Shown in pieces: positions 6,874 through 16,948 of a stretch of 20,000 nucleotides of DNA. The translations under genes and the position numbers were made by a program. The stretch lies in the IMG/VR virus record IMGVR_UViG_3300025099_000015. One strand, 5' to 3'. The notes under the pieces were generated by a model that made no database searches, had not been told where the DNA came from, and saw only the letters and a list, made by a program, of their open reading frames with translations. This stretch comes from an uncultured virus (IMG/VR IMGVR_UViG_3300025099_000015) (Duplodnaviria; Heunggongvirae; Uroviricota; Caudoviricetes). Every line of letters begins with the position of its first letter. Within the stretch, counting starts at the first letter, position 1.

Positions 6874-8400
6874 ATGGCAGATGATACAAAAAAGTATGTA
6901 TCGCAATTAGCAAATGATATGCAAGTATTAGAGTCAAATGCTACATCTTTAACTAGGGCTTTTGGAGACTTAGGAGATGCTAGTAATAAATGGTGGACTA
7001 TTCTTGCTAGATTGAGTTCTGGTAGTGGTTTATGGAAGTTTCAAGCAAGGCTACGTTCAGTATCTAACTTGTTTGAATTATATTATAAAGCACAAGATAA
7101 AGCATTACAAAACACTTTGAACAGCCTTGATGCGGCTCAGAAATTAACGGGTGCTTTTGAAAGAGTAGAAAACAAATATAGTATGTTTTCTAAAAACATA
7201 GGAAAGATAACTAAAAAACAAAAAGCAGATGATGTTTTTAGTGTGTATATGGCTAGATTAAAAGATGAAGAAAAAGCATTCTATTTTACACAAAAAACTT
7301 ATGCTTCCGCACATAAAAAGTTTAGAAGGCAAATGAAGAAAGATAATAAAAAACTAAAAAAGCAGATGAGATTACCATATTCTGCTAAACAATTCGGAGG
7401 TATTTTTAATAGAAAGGGCAAAATTAATGCCGATGGTAGTGAACAAAAAGGAACTTTAAGAAAAGGAACTATACTAGGGGACGTTGCACCAATGAGAGCA
7501 GGTAGAAAAGCATTGTCAATGGGTAAATCAGCATATGGTTTTTTTACTAAAGGTGGTGCAGAAAAAAGCACCCTTAGCGAAAGATACGGGAAAGCAGATA
7601 AACGAGGTGTAGTATATGGTGCAAAGAAGTTTAAGGCTGAACAAGCAAGATTAAAGGAAGCAAATAAGTTTCGTAAAAGAATGGGTAGAGTTGCTAAAAG
7701 TTTTAAGGATAAATTAATGCCGGCTCTTACTGCTATGAGTAAAGCGATTCTTCAAGTAGTAGTAAAGGCTTTAATGGGATTCTTAATCTATTTACCTTTA
7801 ATTATTATCGTATTCATGGCTTTAAGAAAAGCATTTGGCCCTGTTAGAGAGTGGGCTAGAAAGAATGAACATTTATTTATACAAATAAAAGAACAAATTA
7901 TTGAATTATATTATGTTATGAAAGAATTGTTCCGAGCAATATTTGATGGTGATATTATAAAAGTATTAAAAATATGGTTTACACAAGTATTACCATTAGT
8001 AGCAAGAATACTGTTTAATGTCGCTAAGGTAATTTTAACAGCATTAGCCGTAATTATACATAGTGTATTCAAGACTTTTTACGATGTATTACAAAATCTT
8101 TGGGGTGCCGCTAAAAGTTATATTTCAAAGAAATTAAGTTTCCATGCAAGTGGTGGAACTGTTAATACTCCATTACAAATAGTTGGAGAAAGAGGGCCAG
8201 AATTAGTATCTTTGCCTAGAGGCTCACAAGTATATCCAAATGGAATGGCGGTTAGTGGTGGTGGCTCAACTACAATAAATGTTCATGTGAATGGTAGGGT
8301 GGGTGCATCCGATTCAGAGATAAAAGATATAGCAAATAAGGTTGCTAAAGAAATTAATCTAAGAATGAATAGAACAGGAACAACAGGAACGGGATTCTAA
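6874..8400 (+). CDS. Tail tape measure protein (508 aa)
   Basis: Follows the chaperone, is largely helical with hydrophobic segments, and carries the common TMP C-terminal motif FHASGGTV...IVGERGPELVSLPRGSQVYPN followed by TTINVHVNG. Confidence 0.85.
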   Translation: MADDTKKYVSQLANDMQVLESNATSLTRAFGDLGDASNKWWTILARLSSGSGLWKFQARLRSVSNLFELYYKAQDKALQNTLNSLDAAQKLTGAFERVENKYSMFSKNIGKITKKQKADDVFSVYMARLKDEEKAFYFTQKTYASAHKKFRRQMKKDNKKLKKQMRLPYSAKQFGGIFNRKGKINADGSEQKGTLRKGTILGDVAPMRAGRKALSMGKSAYGFFTKGGAEKSTLSERYGKADKRGVVYGAKKFKAEQARLKEANKFRKRMGRVAKSFKDKLMPALTAMSKAILQVVVKALMGFLIYLPLIIIVFMALRKAFGPVREWARKNEHLFIQIKEQIIELYYVMKELFRAIFDGDIIKVLKIWFTQVLPLVARILFNVAKVILTALAVIIHSVFKTFYDVLQNLWGAAKSYISKKLSFHASGGTVNTPLQIVGERGPELVSLPRGSQVYPNGMAVSGGGSTTINVHVNGRVGASDSEIKDIANKVAKEINLRMNRTGTTGTGF

Positions 8401-8401
8401 A

Positions 8402-9136
8402 ATGGTAGCGGCAACAAATAGAGTAATGATTGAATTAAGTAGAAGGGCATCAGCAGAAAATCCTTCAGAAGCGAACACTATACATACAAATAGAATATCT
8501 TTATTATGTGATTCAGTAAGTATAAGCACATCTAAGAATGCATTTCCATTTGATATTCCATTCTCTGGTGTAATTTCTGGAGAATCATCAACAATGGTTA
8601 TGGATTTAGGGGCGGCAAGAAAAGAAGTGCAATTACAAGGCACGATACGCGAACAAGAAATTACTAAGTTTAAGGGAGGAGATGAATCAAGTGCTAAAAC
8701 AGTATCTTTAACCTCTTATGAAGTCGCTCAATTATTACATTCATATGTTGATTCTTCTTTCGTGCATGAAGACCAAAACATTAGTAAATTAATATTGTTA
8801 ATACCAAGTAGGGCTGATAATAATTTTGAATATAGAAATACTTCAAATGGCACAGGCCACATTAATGTAACTAAAACTACTCCATTAAATGAATTACCAT
8901 TAATACCATTTCATTTCGCAAATAGAAGTTACGATGTAACATCTTGGTCTTTTGGACATACAAAGAAAACATTCGATTACTTCCAAACAACTACTGATGA
9001 AATAGAAGGACTTAGAGGTTTTGTGTCTACCTTTTCTACTGATATAGCGGGTGCAGAAACACCTCATATTGGTTTCAGTATGACGTTTATTCAATCTTCC
9101 ACATTAGTTTCAGACTTTATTAACACAACATTTTGA
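8402..9136 (+). CDS. Putative distal tail (Dit-like) / tube-initiator protein, 244 aa
   Basis: Directly after the TMP. Tube-fold-like strands (MDLGAARKEVQLQGTI, LRGFVSTFST, IGFSMTFI). Call rests mainly on synteny. Confidence 0.55.
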   Translation: MVAATNRVMIELSRRASAENPSEANTIHTNRISLLCDSVSISTSKNAFPFDIPFSGVISGESSTMVMDLGAARKEVQLQGTIREQEITKFKGGDESSAKTVSLTSYEVAQLLHSYVDSSFVHEDQNISKLILLIPSRADNNFEYRNTSNGTGHINVTKTTPLNELPLIPFHFANRSYDVTSWSFGHTKKTFDYFQTTTDEIEGLRGFVSTFSTDIAGAETPHIGFSMTFIQSSTLVSDFINTTF

Positions 9137-9145
9137 GGAATATAT

Positions 9146-10168
9146 ATGCCAGGAGTATTTGTAGGAAATACAAAATCGTTAGTCTTCCCTGTAATGTGCG
9201 ATGCATATCTACAATTAAAATACGCTGATAAAAATGATAGTGCTTCAACTGCTTTAGGATTAAGACAAGGACTTTGGGGACATAATACATCATTTAGTAT
9301 AGAAGCAATAATTACTCCTTATGATGTAAACGGATTTGGTTCTTTGACAGGAGTAGGTGTTATAGATTCAGAAAAAACTCCACCTAGTATTGGAACAAAT
9401 ACTGCTAATCTAACACACTATCAAAGCCAAGCCTATTTTACACCTGCTAATAGAAATACACACAAGATGATGATATTCCATAGTGATGGCTTTGAATTGT
9501 ATTTACAAAATACTACTAGTCATAACTTTAATCAACCCGCAGAATACAAACTATGTGCTAAGATTGGTTCAGAAATTGTAGAAACAAATACTATAATATC
9601 TCCAAGAGATAGGCTTTATGGTTATTATGATTCATCTGGTTTCTATGATGGTATTTCTACTAGACTAAAACAATTCGATGATAGCACCACTAAACCTAAT
9701 AATAGCACAACTGTTACGTGTGAAAGCACTAGTCTGTTAGCAGTAGGTAAAGAAATATTCAATGCAAATGGCGTTAGTTTAGGGACTGTGCAAACTATTC
9801 CTTCATTAACTACTTTTACATTATCTAGCGGAGACAATTGGACTCCTAAGTTGTTTATACATCAACCTAAAGAAGCATTTTATATGGATACGATGTATAA
9901 AATAACTTGTTGTGTTCATACTGATGGAAAGATAAGATTATTTATAAATAATATTTTACTTGTTGAAGATAAAATTACTATTACTGACTTTAATTTTGGC
10001 ACTACTGATTGTTATATCGGTAGAGACCCTAATACAACCAATACTCAATTCATGGGAGAACTATACGAAATAGCGATGTATAAAACAGCAGAACCTAGTG
10101 TTGCATCAACTACTCTAAATATAGGATATAATGATACTATATTTTATTATAGGTTTGGTGATTTATAA
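9146..10168 (+). CDS. LamG / concanavalin A-like lectin-fold tail-tip protein, 340 aa
   Basis: LamG-type motifs SFSIEAIITP, YKITCCVHTDGKIRLFINN and YIGRD...QFMGELYEIAMY, separated by insertions. Confidence 0.7.
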   Translation: MPGVFVGNTKSLVFPVMCDAYLQLKYADKNDSASTALGLRQGLWGHNTSFSIEAIITPYDVNGFGSLTGVGVIDSEKTPPSIGTNTANLTHYQSQAYFTPANRNTHKMMIFHSDGFELYLQNTTSHNFNQPAEYKLCAKIGSEIVETNTIISPRDRLYGYYDSSGFYDGISTRLKQFDDSTTKPNNSTTVTCESTSLLAVGKEIFNANGVSLGTVQTIPSLTTFTLSSGDNWTPKLFIHQPKEAFYMDTMYKITCCVHTDGKIRLFINNILLVEDKITITDFNFGTTDCYIGRDPNTTNTQFMGELYEIAMYKTAEPSVASTTLNIGYNDTIFYYRFGDL

Positions 10169-13100
10169 TGGAAAGATATGTTTATGTTTTGAATGCCGGT
10201 AAATATGGTAACACGAATATAAATTATACTTACGCAAACAAGGGTAATGCATTTACAGGTGATGTAGCATTTAAGAACACATCAGTAAATCCTGTATTAA
10301 AATGCACTAATATAAATGCTGAACATAGTGGGTTATCTGCTAACTTTTTTGAAATTAGAAACACTCATTATGAAGGTGAAATATCTAATGCTAGTCATTC
10401 TGCAATAGTAAATAGAATATATCCAAGCACTAATAAACCAAATATAGTATCAGATGCAACGTATGGTAAAAATAAACAACAAACTACTTCCTTTAAAATA
10501 AGGACTTATACAAGCACAAGTGCAACTAATTCTGACGACCACGCTAATCAGTTGCTTGTTGGTAATAGCAGTTTGAATATGGATTTAGATACATACGATT
10601 ATTTTGTTTTAATTAATCCTCAAATAGCACACTCAACATCAGATAGCACACCTAGTATTAGACCTCATTTTGCGAAGATAACTAACATTATTTCTTTTGA
10701 TGAACATGGTGATGGCTTTGAGTTTGAACCTAAATATCCAGAAGCAATTGCTAAAGATACTAATTTTGAAATCTATAAAGGGCCATTAGTTTCAGATACT
10801 AGCGTTGTTGCTGTAAGTTATGGGCTTCGTGGGGATGGGACTGAATTAGGAACATCTACTAATGATGATTATGATAACAGTAGTCCTGTAACTTTTATAA
10901 CAGATAAATATGATGCAGGTAGTGAAGTATCAAGACCGACATGGTATTTTTATAATGATAGATTACAGAATGAAGATAGATTAGATTATGGAACTAAATA
11001 CAATTTAACTACTTGTAGGTGCTTTGATTGGGATACTAAAGGGACATTTACTCTAACCAATACAAAATCTCAATATCTAAACAATGCAGTTTTAGTTAGC
11101 ACTAATTTTACAGGAATAATAGGACAAAGCGTATATCAAAAATTAAATAATGGAAACTACATATATATGGGTAATGTAATATCATATTCTAGTCCTTCAT
11201 TAACTTTAGAATATGCAGTTAATACAATAACATCTACTTTATCATCAACAGCCAATTCAGATACTAATATCCATGTAGGTAGAACAATACATCAATCGGT
11301 GTTTAGAACAGAAAGAGAGTATGGAACGGATATTGAAGACTACGGTTCTATGAATCAACATGCAGTATTAGTAGATAGAATGTATAACAAAGATGGTGAG
11401 ATTGGAATTACAAATCAGCCAACAGATTATGAGACAGGCTCGACAACTACATATTCATTCAATCCGTGTAAATGGAAAGATGCCTTTAGAAATGCTAGAA
11501 GAAACATAAATGACCGTTCTTCTGCACATACTTCATACGCTACTGCTAATTCTGTAAATGCTAGACATGCAGATTTATCTGGCCCTAATAGATACACATA
11601 TTATAAAACGTCACATAAAAAGAACAATGCAATAAATCCTGTAATGTCTGTTGCTGTCAATAACCCAAAGAATAAACTTAGTCAATTCGCATCTACAACT
11701 GTAATGGATAATAACGGAATACAATTCTTAAAAATTAAAGAAGACGAAAAGTATTCTGTAACTAAATCTTTACACACTTCAACAACAAGTGATGTTAAAT
11801 TACCATTTACCGCTACCACTACTTACTCTAGTATAGGAACAACTTTTCAAATTAATTTAAAAAATATACATGAGACTAGCGCGTTAGATTGGAAACCTAC
11901 AATTGATTATAAAACTAATCAAGTAATTAAAACAGATACTATATTAAAAATAAAAGAAGTATATTATAGAGTCGGAACTATTGCTGCTGTTGGTTCTAAA
12001 ACACAATCAATACAAGTAACTCATAAAAAACAAGCAAAGGATAAACAATGGATTCCTTTAACTTCATCGCATGCTAATGAGTTTATTGATTCAGGACAAG
12101 ATGTATTTATTATGTGTTGGAATGGTGGATTGAACACATTATGTCCTATTGATACAGAAGCAGTTTATGAATCAAACACACTACAAAGATTAACTATAAA
12201 TGAAAAAACTGTAAGTAAAAACGATACAAGTTTATACAAGAAAACACTAAGCCTATTAAATAAAGAGTTTTATGGTTTTAATATTGAAATAGATTATGGA
12301 GATAAAAATCACAATCACATAAAACTATTAACAAATAAAACCTTTTATCAACCATCAACAAACAAAAAAGACTTTATGTATTATTATCAAGGAGGTTATT
12401 GTATTGAAGATGAGGTCTTCAATGGGACAGTAGAAGACATTAATTCTAAAAATGAAAATGGGATGCTAACTTATACTGTAAACGGTAGAGATAATACAAG
12501 TGTTTTATTAAACAATACAACTAATAAAAATCTACATAAGTCTGATGATATAATTTATTCTACTCTCCCTCCTGTCTTTATTCCTACAACTACAATCGCA
12601 AATAAATCTTCAGTAAGTGGAAGTGCTATTACTTTAGTTTCTGGTGATGATACAATTATAAATAAAAGTTTACTATTTAACGATGCTAATGAATTGATAG
12701 GAGAAATATCTTCTCATAGTGGTTCTCCAACTATTTTAATAATTGCTGGAAAAACTGATGCTAATGTTTCTACTACATTAAAAGTAATAACACCATTAGA
12801 AGCAAATTATATTGCAGGGACAAAGGCATTGGCCGCGAATACTAAACTAACTACTCATCCTACTGATTTCTCTAGTCTTGGTAATAACGGATTAATATTT
12901 AATGATGGGAATAAAATAAATGTTGTTGAAGGAACAGTTGCTTTGTCTTATTCTAAACTACTCAATACTTCTGCAACAGGTTCGTATAACCAAGATAATT
13001 CAATAGGATATGATATAACAGATATTAAATCAATAAGTGAAGGGTTAGATTCTAATTTTGCATTAAAATTAAGCAAAGAAAATAGAGCATCAATTGATTA

Positions 13101-16100
13101 TAAAAATGTTCAAACAGTTTCTAGTATGTATTTTAGTGTTATTAGTATTGATACATCCTCAGATACTAACACTACAATTAGATTAGCACCGAACTTCCCT
13201 GTGGTATTAGGTAGTATTGATACTAATGAATCGGATGATGTTTACGGCACAGAATTGCGTTATTTATATATGGTTAATTCTAATATACCTAATGGGGGTT
13301 TCATACATGGACTAAAGGATGCACCTACGACTTACTATACTCCCAAAAGCACGTTTAGATATTGGGGACTTCAAAGGTTTTCAGAAGGAACAATTAAAGA
13401 GACACATGATTCGATTTATGATAATAGTAAAAAGACTCAACGTATAACTGCGGCTACTCCTATGTTTCAAATAAAGGCATCTGGTGAAAAAATAACTAGT
13501 TTAACAGATTTAACACCAAGCCTAATGCCTCATTCTGGCTCTAATATCTGGACAGGTGCTGATATGGGATTAGTTAATAGAAAAGCCCCTGTTGAATATT
13601 GGGATATTCTTAGTGGTGTTAATACTGTTAATTGGAAACAACTAGAAAATATAGATTACAGGGCTAAAAACTATGAATTACTTTCAATAGGAGACGTATA
13701 TCCAGACTCTAAATTAAGATGGAACAGCCTACAATACGCTACTCAAGAAATGAATGAATATGGTTTACTCTTAAAAACCAAAGGACAGGAAGGAAGCGTA
13801 GTTGCTCATGAAAAGTATACAGGAAGTAATACACAAACAGAACTTTCGGATGCAAACTATGAAAGAGTAGAAATAACTACCTCAAATAAAACAACAAATC
13901 AACTAAAAAGATTTGGAGTAATGAGGTTAGTTGAAGCAACCTTTGATTGGCATATGAATCCAATTGATTATGAAAGTGTTGCCGGAAATAATGATTATGA
14001 TAAGATTACTAATTTTAAATATCCTAGAATGAAGGTATTGTATAATGCTTTAGTTAATACATATTCTGCTGGTAATTCAGTGTCTTTTGATACTATAACA
14101 GATGCTTCTGGTAGTAGTGAGGCCAATATGACTTTACAAGGGTCTGATATTATTTATAGAGCAGACGGAACTATACTAGGAGAAGTTCATACAGGAGTTA
14201 CAAATGTAACTTCTTTGAGCATTTCTGGTACTCAGATTGTATTATATGGGGCTGCGCCTGTACCTGATGAAAAAGTATACATTATTAGACAGAAACTATT
14301 CAGCACTCTAGCAGATACTAATTTTGGAATTGACACCATAGGCACAAATCCCTTTAGAATGTTAAATAATTATATTGCTTTACCTAATATTCATAAAGAC
14401 TATTTTCAGTTTAAATTACTAAAGGGTGATTCAGATAATAAGTTTGACGCACAAAATGTTTGGATTCCTTTAATATCTAGTCTTATAAATGATGGTAGTG
14501 GTTTTGATGAAACAGATTATTGGTCTTTATTTCACGAAGCAAAGGAATGGGATTCTTCGACTAACCCTATATGGTATCACCCATCTAAAGTAGTTTATGG
14601 TTTAGCAAAACCTACCACAACAACAGAAGGAAATGCTAACGTGAGAGATGATGGTAAACAATATAAAATAGGAAACAAAGCAGACCTATATGGTAAAAGC
14701 ATACTTATGTTTAAAAATATGAAAAAGTCATTTTCTGGGCAAACTGAAGATAGTTTTAATTTACCCACTTCTGCACCTTTAGACCCAGGCACTCATGGAA
14801 CTATGACAAAATATGATGCTTATGAAAACGAAACTCATTTTACAGGTTCAACAGGGTTAAACCAACTTTCTCCAAATATAACTATTAATACAAAAGAAGA
14901 CGATTTTGCTATATGTGGCACTAAAACACAAAGACATATTTATTCTGCACCTAATGGAACGAATAGAACATGGGGAAGTAGGCAGGAAACACATACAAAT
15001 GGTTCTGCAAATGAAGGAGGGTTATTCCAAGCACAGACCTTTATCAAACCTAGATTGATTCTTACATCTACTAATGCTACATCTTTTAGTTTAACAATGA
15101 ATGATTCTAGCGATAACCTATGGTTAGACTTTGTTCCTAACTTGGAAGGATATTATTTAGTATCAGAAAAGATGGGTAATAAATATATTCCTAGTTTAGA
15201 AAATGCCGCAAGTCATGCAATTAAAGGAAGCCCAGATTATATCGGTAAAATAATAACACACGTAACAGGGACAAGTGGTGATGATACAAGCCATACTATA
15301 ACCCTAGATAAGACATTGACTACAAGTAGTGTTGGAACGACATTTAGACTAATGAGAATATCAGAGACTACATTTGAAGATACTCCAGATTACTTTGAAG
15401 TAAACAAGATGTTTGATACAGGATTAAAGTATACAAGTCTACATCAAAACTTTGTTACTACAATAGAAGATGAAAGTGGGGCAGATGCATCGGTTTCACA
15501 AACAGAAGGAGACACCGCAGATGATTTCCCAGAATACTTAGCATATCAACAAGGGCTATACTCGATGTATTTGTTATTGAATATAGATACATTCAATACT
15601 TATATTGATAGAAGAACACTCGCTGATGCTAAGGCCTTGTTTGCTGATGGAGATTCATTGAACTGTTACATTACTGATGGTAGAAACAAACAAGAAAAGA
15701 ACATTATTGTTTCAGAAACCACAGACAGTCTACGGTTTTCTTATGATGGAAAATTAACAGGATATGGTGTAGTGTCTTTTGGTGAAACATTTACAATAGA
15801 GACAAGACACACTCCTTCTAATTCAAACGCCACAGAAGCATTTATTGGCACTACAATATCAATAGGAACAGATGTTGAACAGGCAATGTTAGAGATACTA
15901 GAAGAGAATGAAATCTCCACTACTACTTCATTAAAGAATATGGCATTTACAGGTAATATAGTAAACGCAAATACTTCTGGCACAACTATTACATTTACTG
16001 AAAACCATTCAGGTATTAGTGTAGATGATGTTCTCTACAATCAAGACGGTAGATTAATTGGTAAGGTTACTACTGCTAGTGCAGGGACTACTGTTGTTGT

Positions 16101-16887
16101 TTCTAATATATACTATAAACCAATAAAGAATGATGAAATTACAAAATACGATAGAACACCATTTATACTTAACACCGAGTTTAATGAGCAAGATATATTC
16201 TCATCAATAAACTATCTAGCATCTAAAAGAGGATTAGATTATGTTTTTGATAATAACAATATAACAATTAAAGATTTAAATAATTATGATTCAAGAAGAA
16301 AGTTTTCATTAAAATATAATGATGGTTCTAATTTAATATCAGTAGAAAGCAACACTAGTCTTTTTGATAAGGCAAATAAAATATTAGTGATTGGGGATAA
16401 CGTAAAAGCAGAAGTAGAAACTCCTAGTAATATTAAAAGGACTATAAAACATATAGATAGTAATATTAAAAACTCCGAAGAGGCAAGAATTAAAGCCCAC
16501 AATTTATTAGAAATACATCAGGCGGGATTTAGAAAAATAGAATTGACTTTAGAAAAGACAGGATTTGAGTTAATGAAAGCGGGAGATATTCTAACCTTAG
16601 ACTTCCCAAATCACAACATCCCTGCTGATGATTATATCGTTTTTGAGATAGAAAATGTGATGTCTACCATTTCCAAAATCACGGTTGGCACGTTTAATAA
16701 AACGATAGCAGAAAGGCTGTCTGAAATTAGTTTAAATCAAGATAAGGGCTTCACAGGGCTTTTGACTAGAAACATAAATAAAACACTTACGGGTAAGATG
16801 CTGATAGATAACATAGCACCGAAGGAGAAATCTTTACACTATGCTCTAACATCTACAACAGGAGGGACTATAATTGGCTTTAATTAG
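10168..16887 (+). CDS. Giant tail-tip / baseplate hub (Tal-like) protein, 2239 aa
   Basis: Hub-type motifs VFNGTVEDI...YTVNGRD (aa ~750-775) and C-terminal ANKILVIG...IDSNIKNSEEARIKAHNLL...AGDILTL...YIVFEIEN...ITVG. TAATG coupling to the upstream gene; T/S/N-rich beta composition. Confidence 0.7.
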   Translation: MERYVYVLNAGKYGNTNINYTYANKGNAFTGDVAFKNTSVNPVLKCTNINAEHSGLSANFFEIRNTHYEGEISNASHSAIVNRIYPSTNKPNIVSDATYGKNKQQTTSFKIRTYTSTSATNSDDHANQLLVGNSSLNMDLDTYDYFVLINPQIAHSTSDSTPSIRPHFAKITNIISFDEHGDGFEFEPKYPEAIAKDTNFEIYKGPLVSDTSVVAVSYGLRGDGTELGTSTNDDYDNSSPVTFITDKYDAGSEVSRPTWYFYNDRLQNEDRLDYGTKYNLTTCRCFDWDTKGTFTLTNTKSQYLNNAVLVSTNFTGIIGQSVYQKLNNGNYIYMGNVISYSSPSLTLEYAVNTITSTLSSTANSDTNIHVGRTIHQSVFRTEREYGTDIEDYGSMNQHAVLVDRMYNKDGEIGITNQPTDYETGSTTTYSFNPCKWKDAFRNARRNINDRSSAHTSYATANSVNARHADLSGPNRYTYYKTSHKKNNAINPVMSVAVNNPKNKLSQFASTTVMDNNGIQFLKIKEDEKYSVTKSLHTSTTSDVKLPFTATTTYSSIGTTFQINLKNIHETSALDWKPTIDYKTNQVIKTDTILKIKEVYYRVGTIAAVGSKTQSIQVTHKKQAKDKQWIPLTSSHANEFIDSGQDVFIMCWNGGLNTLCPIDTEAVYESNTLQRLTINEKTVSKNDTSLYKKTLSLLNKEFYGFNIEIDYGDKNHNHIKLLTNKTFYQPSTNKKDFMYYYQGGYCIEDEVFNGTVEDINSKNENGMLTYTVNGRDNTSVLLNNTTNKNLHKSDDIIYSTLPPVFIPTTTIANKSSVSGSAITLVSGDDTIINKSLLFNDANELIGEISSHSGSPTILIIAGKTDANVSTTLKVITPLEANYIAGTKALAANTKLTTHPTDFSSLGNNGLIFNDGNKINVVEGTVALSYSKLLNTSATGSYNQDNSIGYDITDIKSISEGLDSNFALKLSKENRASIDYKNVQTVSSMYFSVISIDTSSDTNTTIRLAPNFPVVLGSIDTNESDDVYGTELRYLYMVNSNIPNGGFIHGLKDAPTTYYTPKSTFRYWGLQRFSEGTIKETHDSIYDNSKKTQRITAATPMFQIKASGEKITSLTDLTPSLMPHSGSNIWTGADMGLVNRKAPVEYWDILSGVNTVNWKQLENIDYRAKNYELLSIGDVYPDSKLRWNSLQYATQEMNEYGLLLKTKGQEGSVVAHEKYTGSNTQTELSDANYERVEITTSNKTTNQLKRFGVMRLVEATFDWHMNPIDYESVAGNNDYDKITNFKYPRMKVLYNALVNTYSAGNSVSFDTITDASGSSEANMTLQGSDIIYRADGTILGEVHTGVTNVTSLSISGTQIVLYGAAPVPDEKVYIIRQKLFSTLADTNFGIDTIGTNPFRMLNNYIALPNIHKDYFQFKLLKGDSDNKFDAQNVWIPLISSLINDGSGFDETDYWSLFHEAKEWDSSTNPIWYHPSKVVYGLAKPTTTTEGNANVRDDGKQYKIGNKADLYGKSILMFKNMKKSFSGQTEDSFNLPTSAPLDPGTHGTMTKYDAYENETHFTGSTGLNQLSPNITINTKEDDFAICGTKTQRHIYSAPNGTNRTWGSRQETHTNGSANEGGLFQAQTFIKPRLILTSTNATSFSLTMNDSSDNLWLDFVPNLEGYYLVSEKMGNKYIPSLENAASHAIKGSPDYIGKIITHVTGTSGDDTSHTITLDKTLTTSSVGTTFRLMRISETTFEDTPDYFEVNKMFDTGLKYTSLHQNFVTTIEDESGADASVSQTEGDTADDFPEYLAYQQGLYSMYLLLNIDTFNTYIDRRTLADAKALFADGDSLNCYITDGRNKQEKNIIVSETTDSLRFSYDGKLTGYGVVSFGETFTIETRHTPSNSNATEAFIGTTISIGTDVEQAMLEILEENEISTTTSLKNMAFTGNIVNANTSGTTITFTENHSGISVDDVLYNQDGRLIGKVTTASAGTTVVVSNIYYKPIKNDEITKYDRTPFILNTEFNEQDIFSSINYLASKRGLDYVFDNNNITIKDLNNYDSRRKFSLKYNDGSNLISVESNTSLFDKANKILVIGDNVKAEVETPSNIKRTIKHIDSNIKNSEEARIKAHNLLEIHQAGFRKIELTLEKTGFELMKAGDILTLDFPNHNIPADDYIVFEIENVMSTISKITVGTFNKTIAERLSEISLNQDKGFTGLLTRNINKTLTGKMLIDNIAPKEKSLHYALTSTTGGTIIGFN

Positions 16888-16948
16888 TATAGGAACAGTA
16901 TTACAATTACCTTCAGAAGTAACCGTAATAACGGAGGTTAATTTATGA
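16874..16948 (+). CDS. Candidate micro-ORF (24 aa) MALISIGTVLQLPSEVTVITEVNL
   Basis: TTG 16874 preceded by AGGAGGG (16860-16866) with a 7-nt spacer. Its TGA (16946-16948) overlaps the next ATG as ATGA, and it spans the otherwise empty 57-nt gap. Confidence 0.5.
   Translation: MALISIGTVLQLPSEVTVITEVNL

Noticed and set aside
10168..16887. Intein or intron as the cause of the giant hub size
   Set aside because: No C/S...HN-[CST] splice junction pair or LAGLIDADG motif recognised; the extra sequence has beta-rich structural-protein composition.
16885..16941. TAG readthrough or amber recoding of the hub gene
   Set aside because: Readthrough would add only a short YRNSITITFRSNRNNGG peptide, and long ORFs are intact under the standard code, so there is no sign of stop reassignment.
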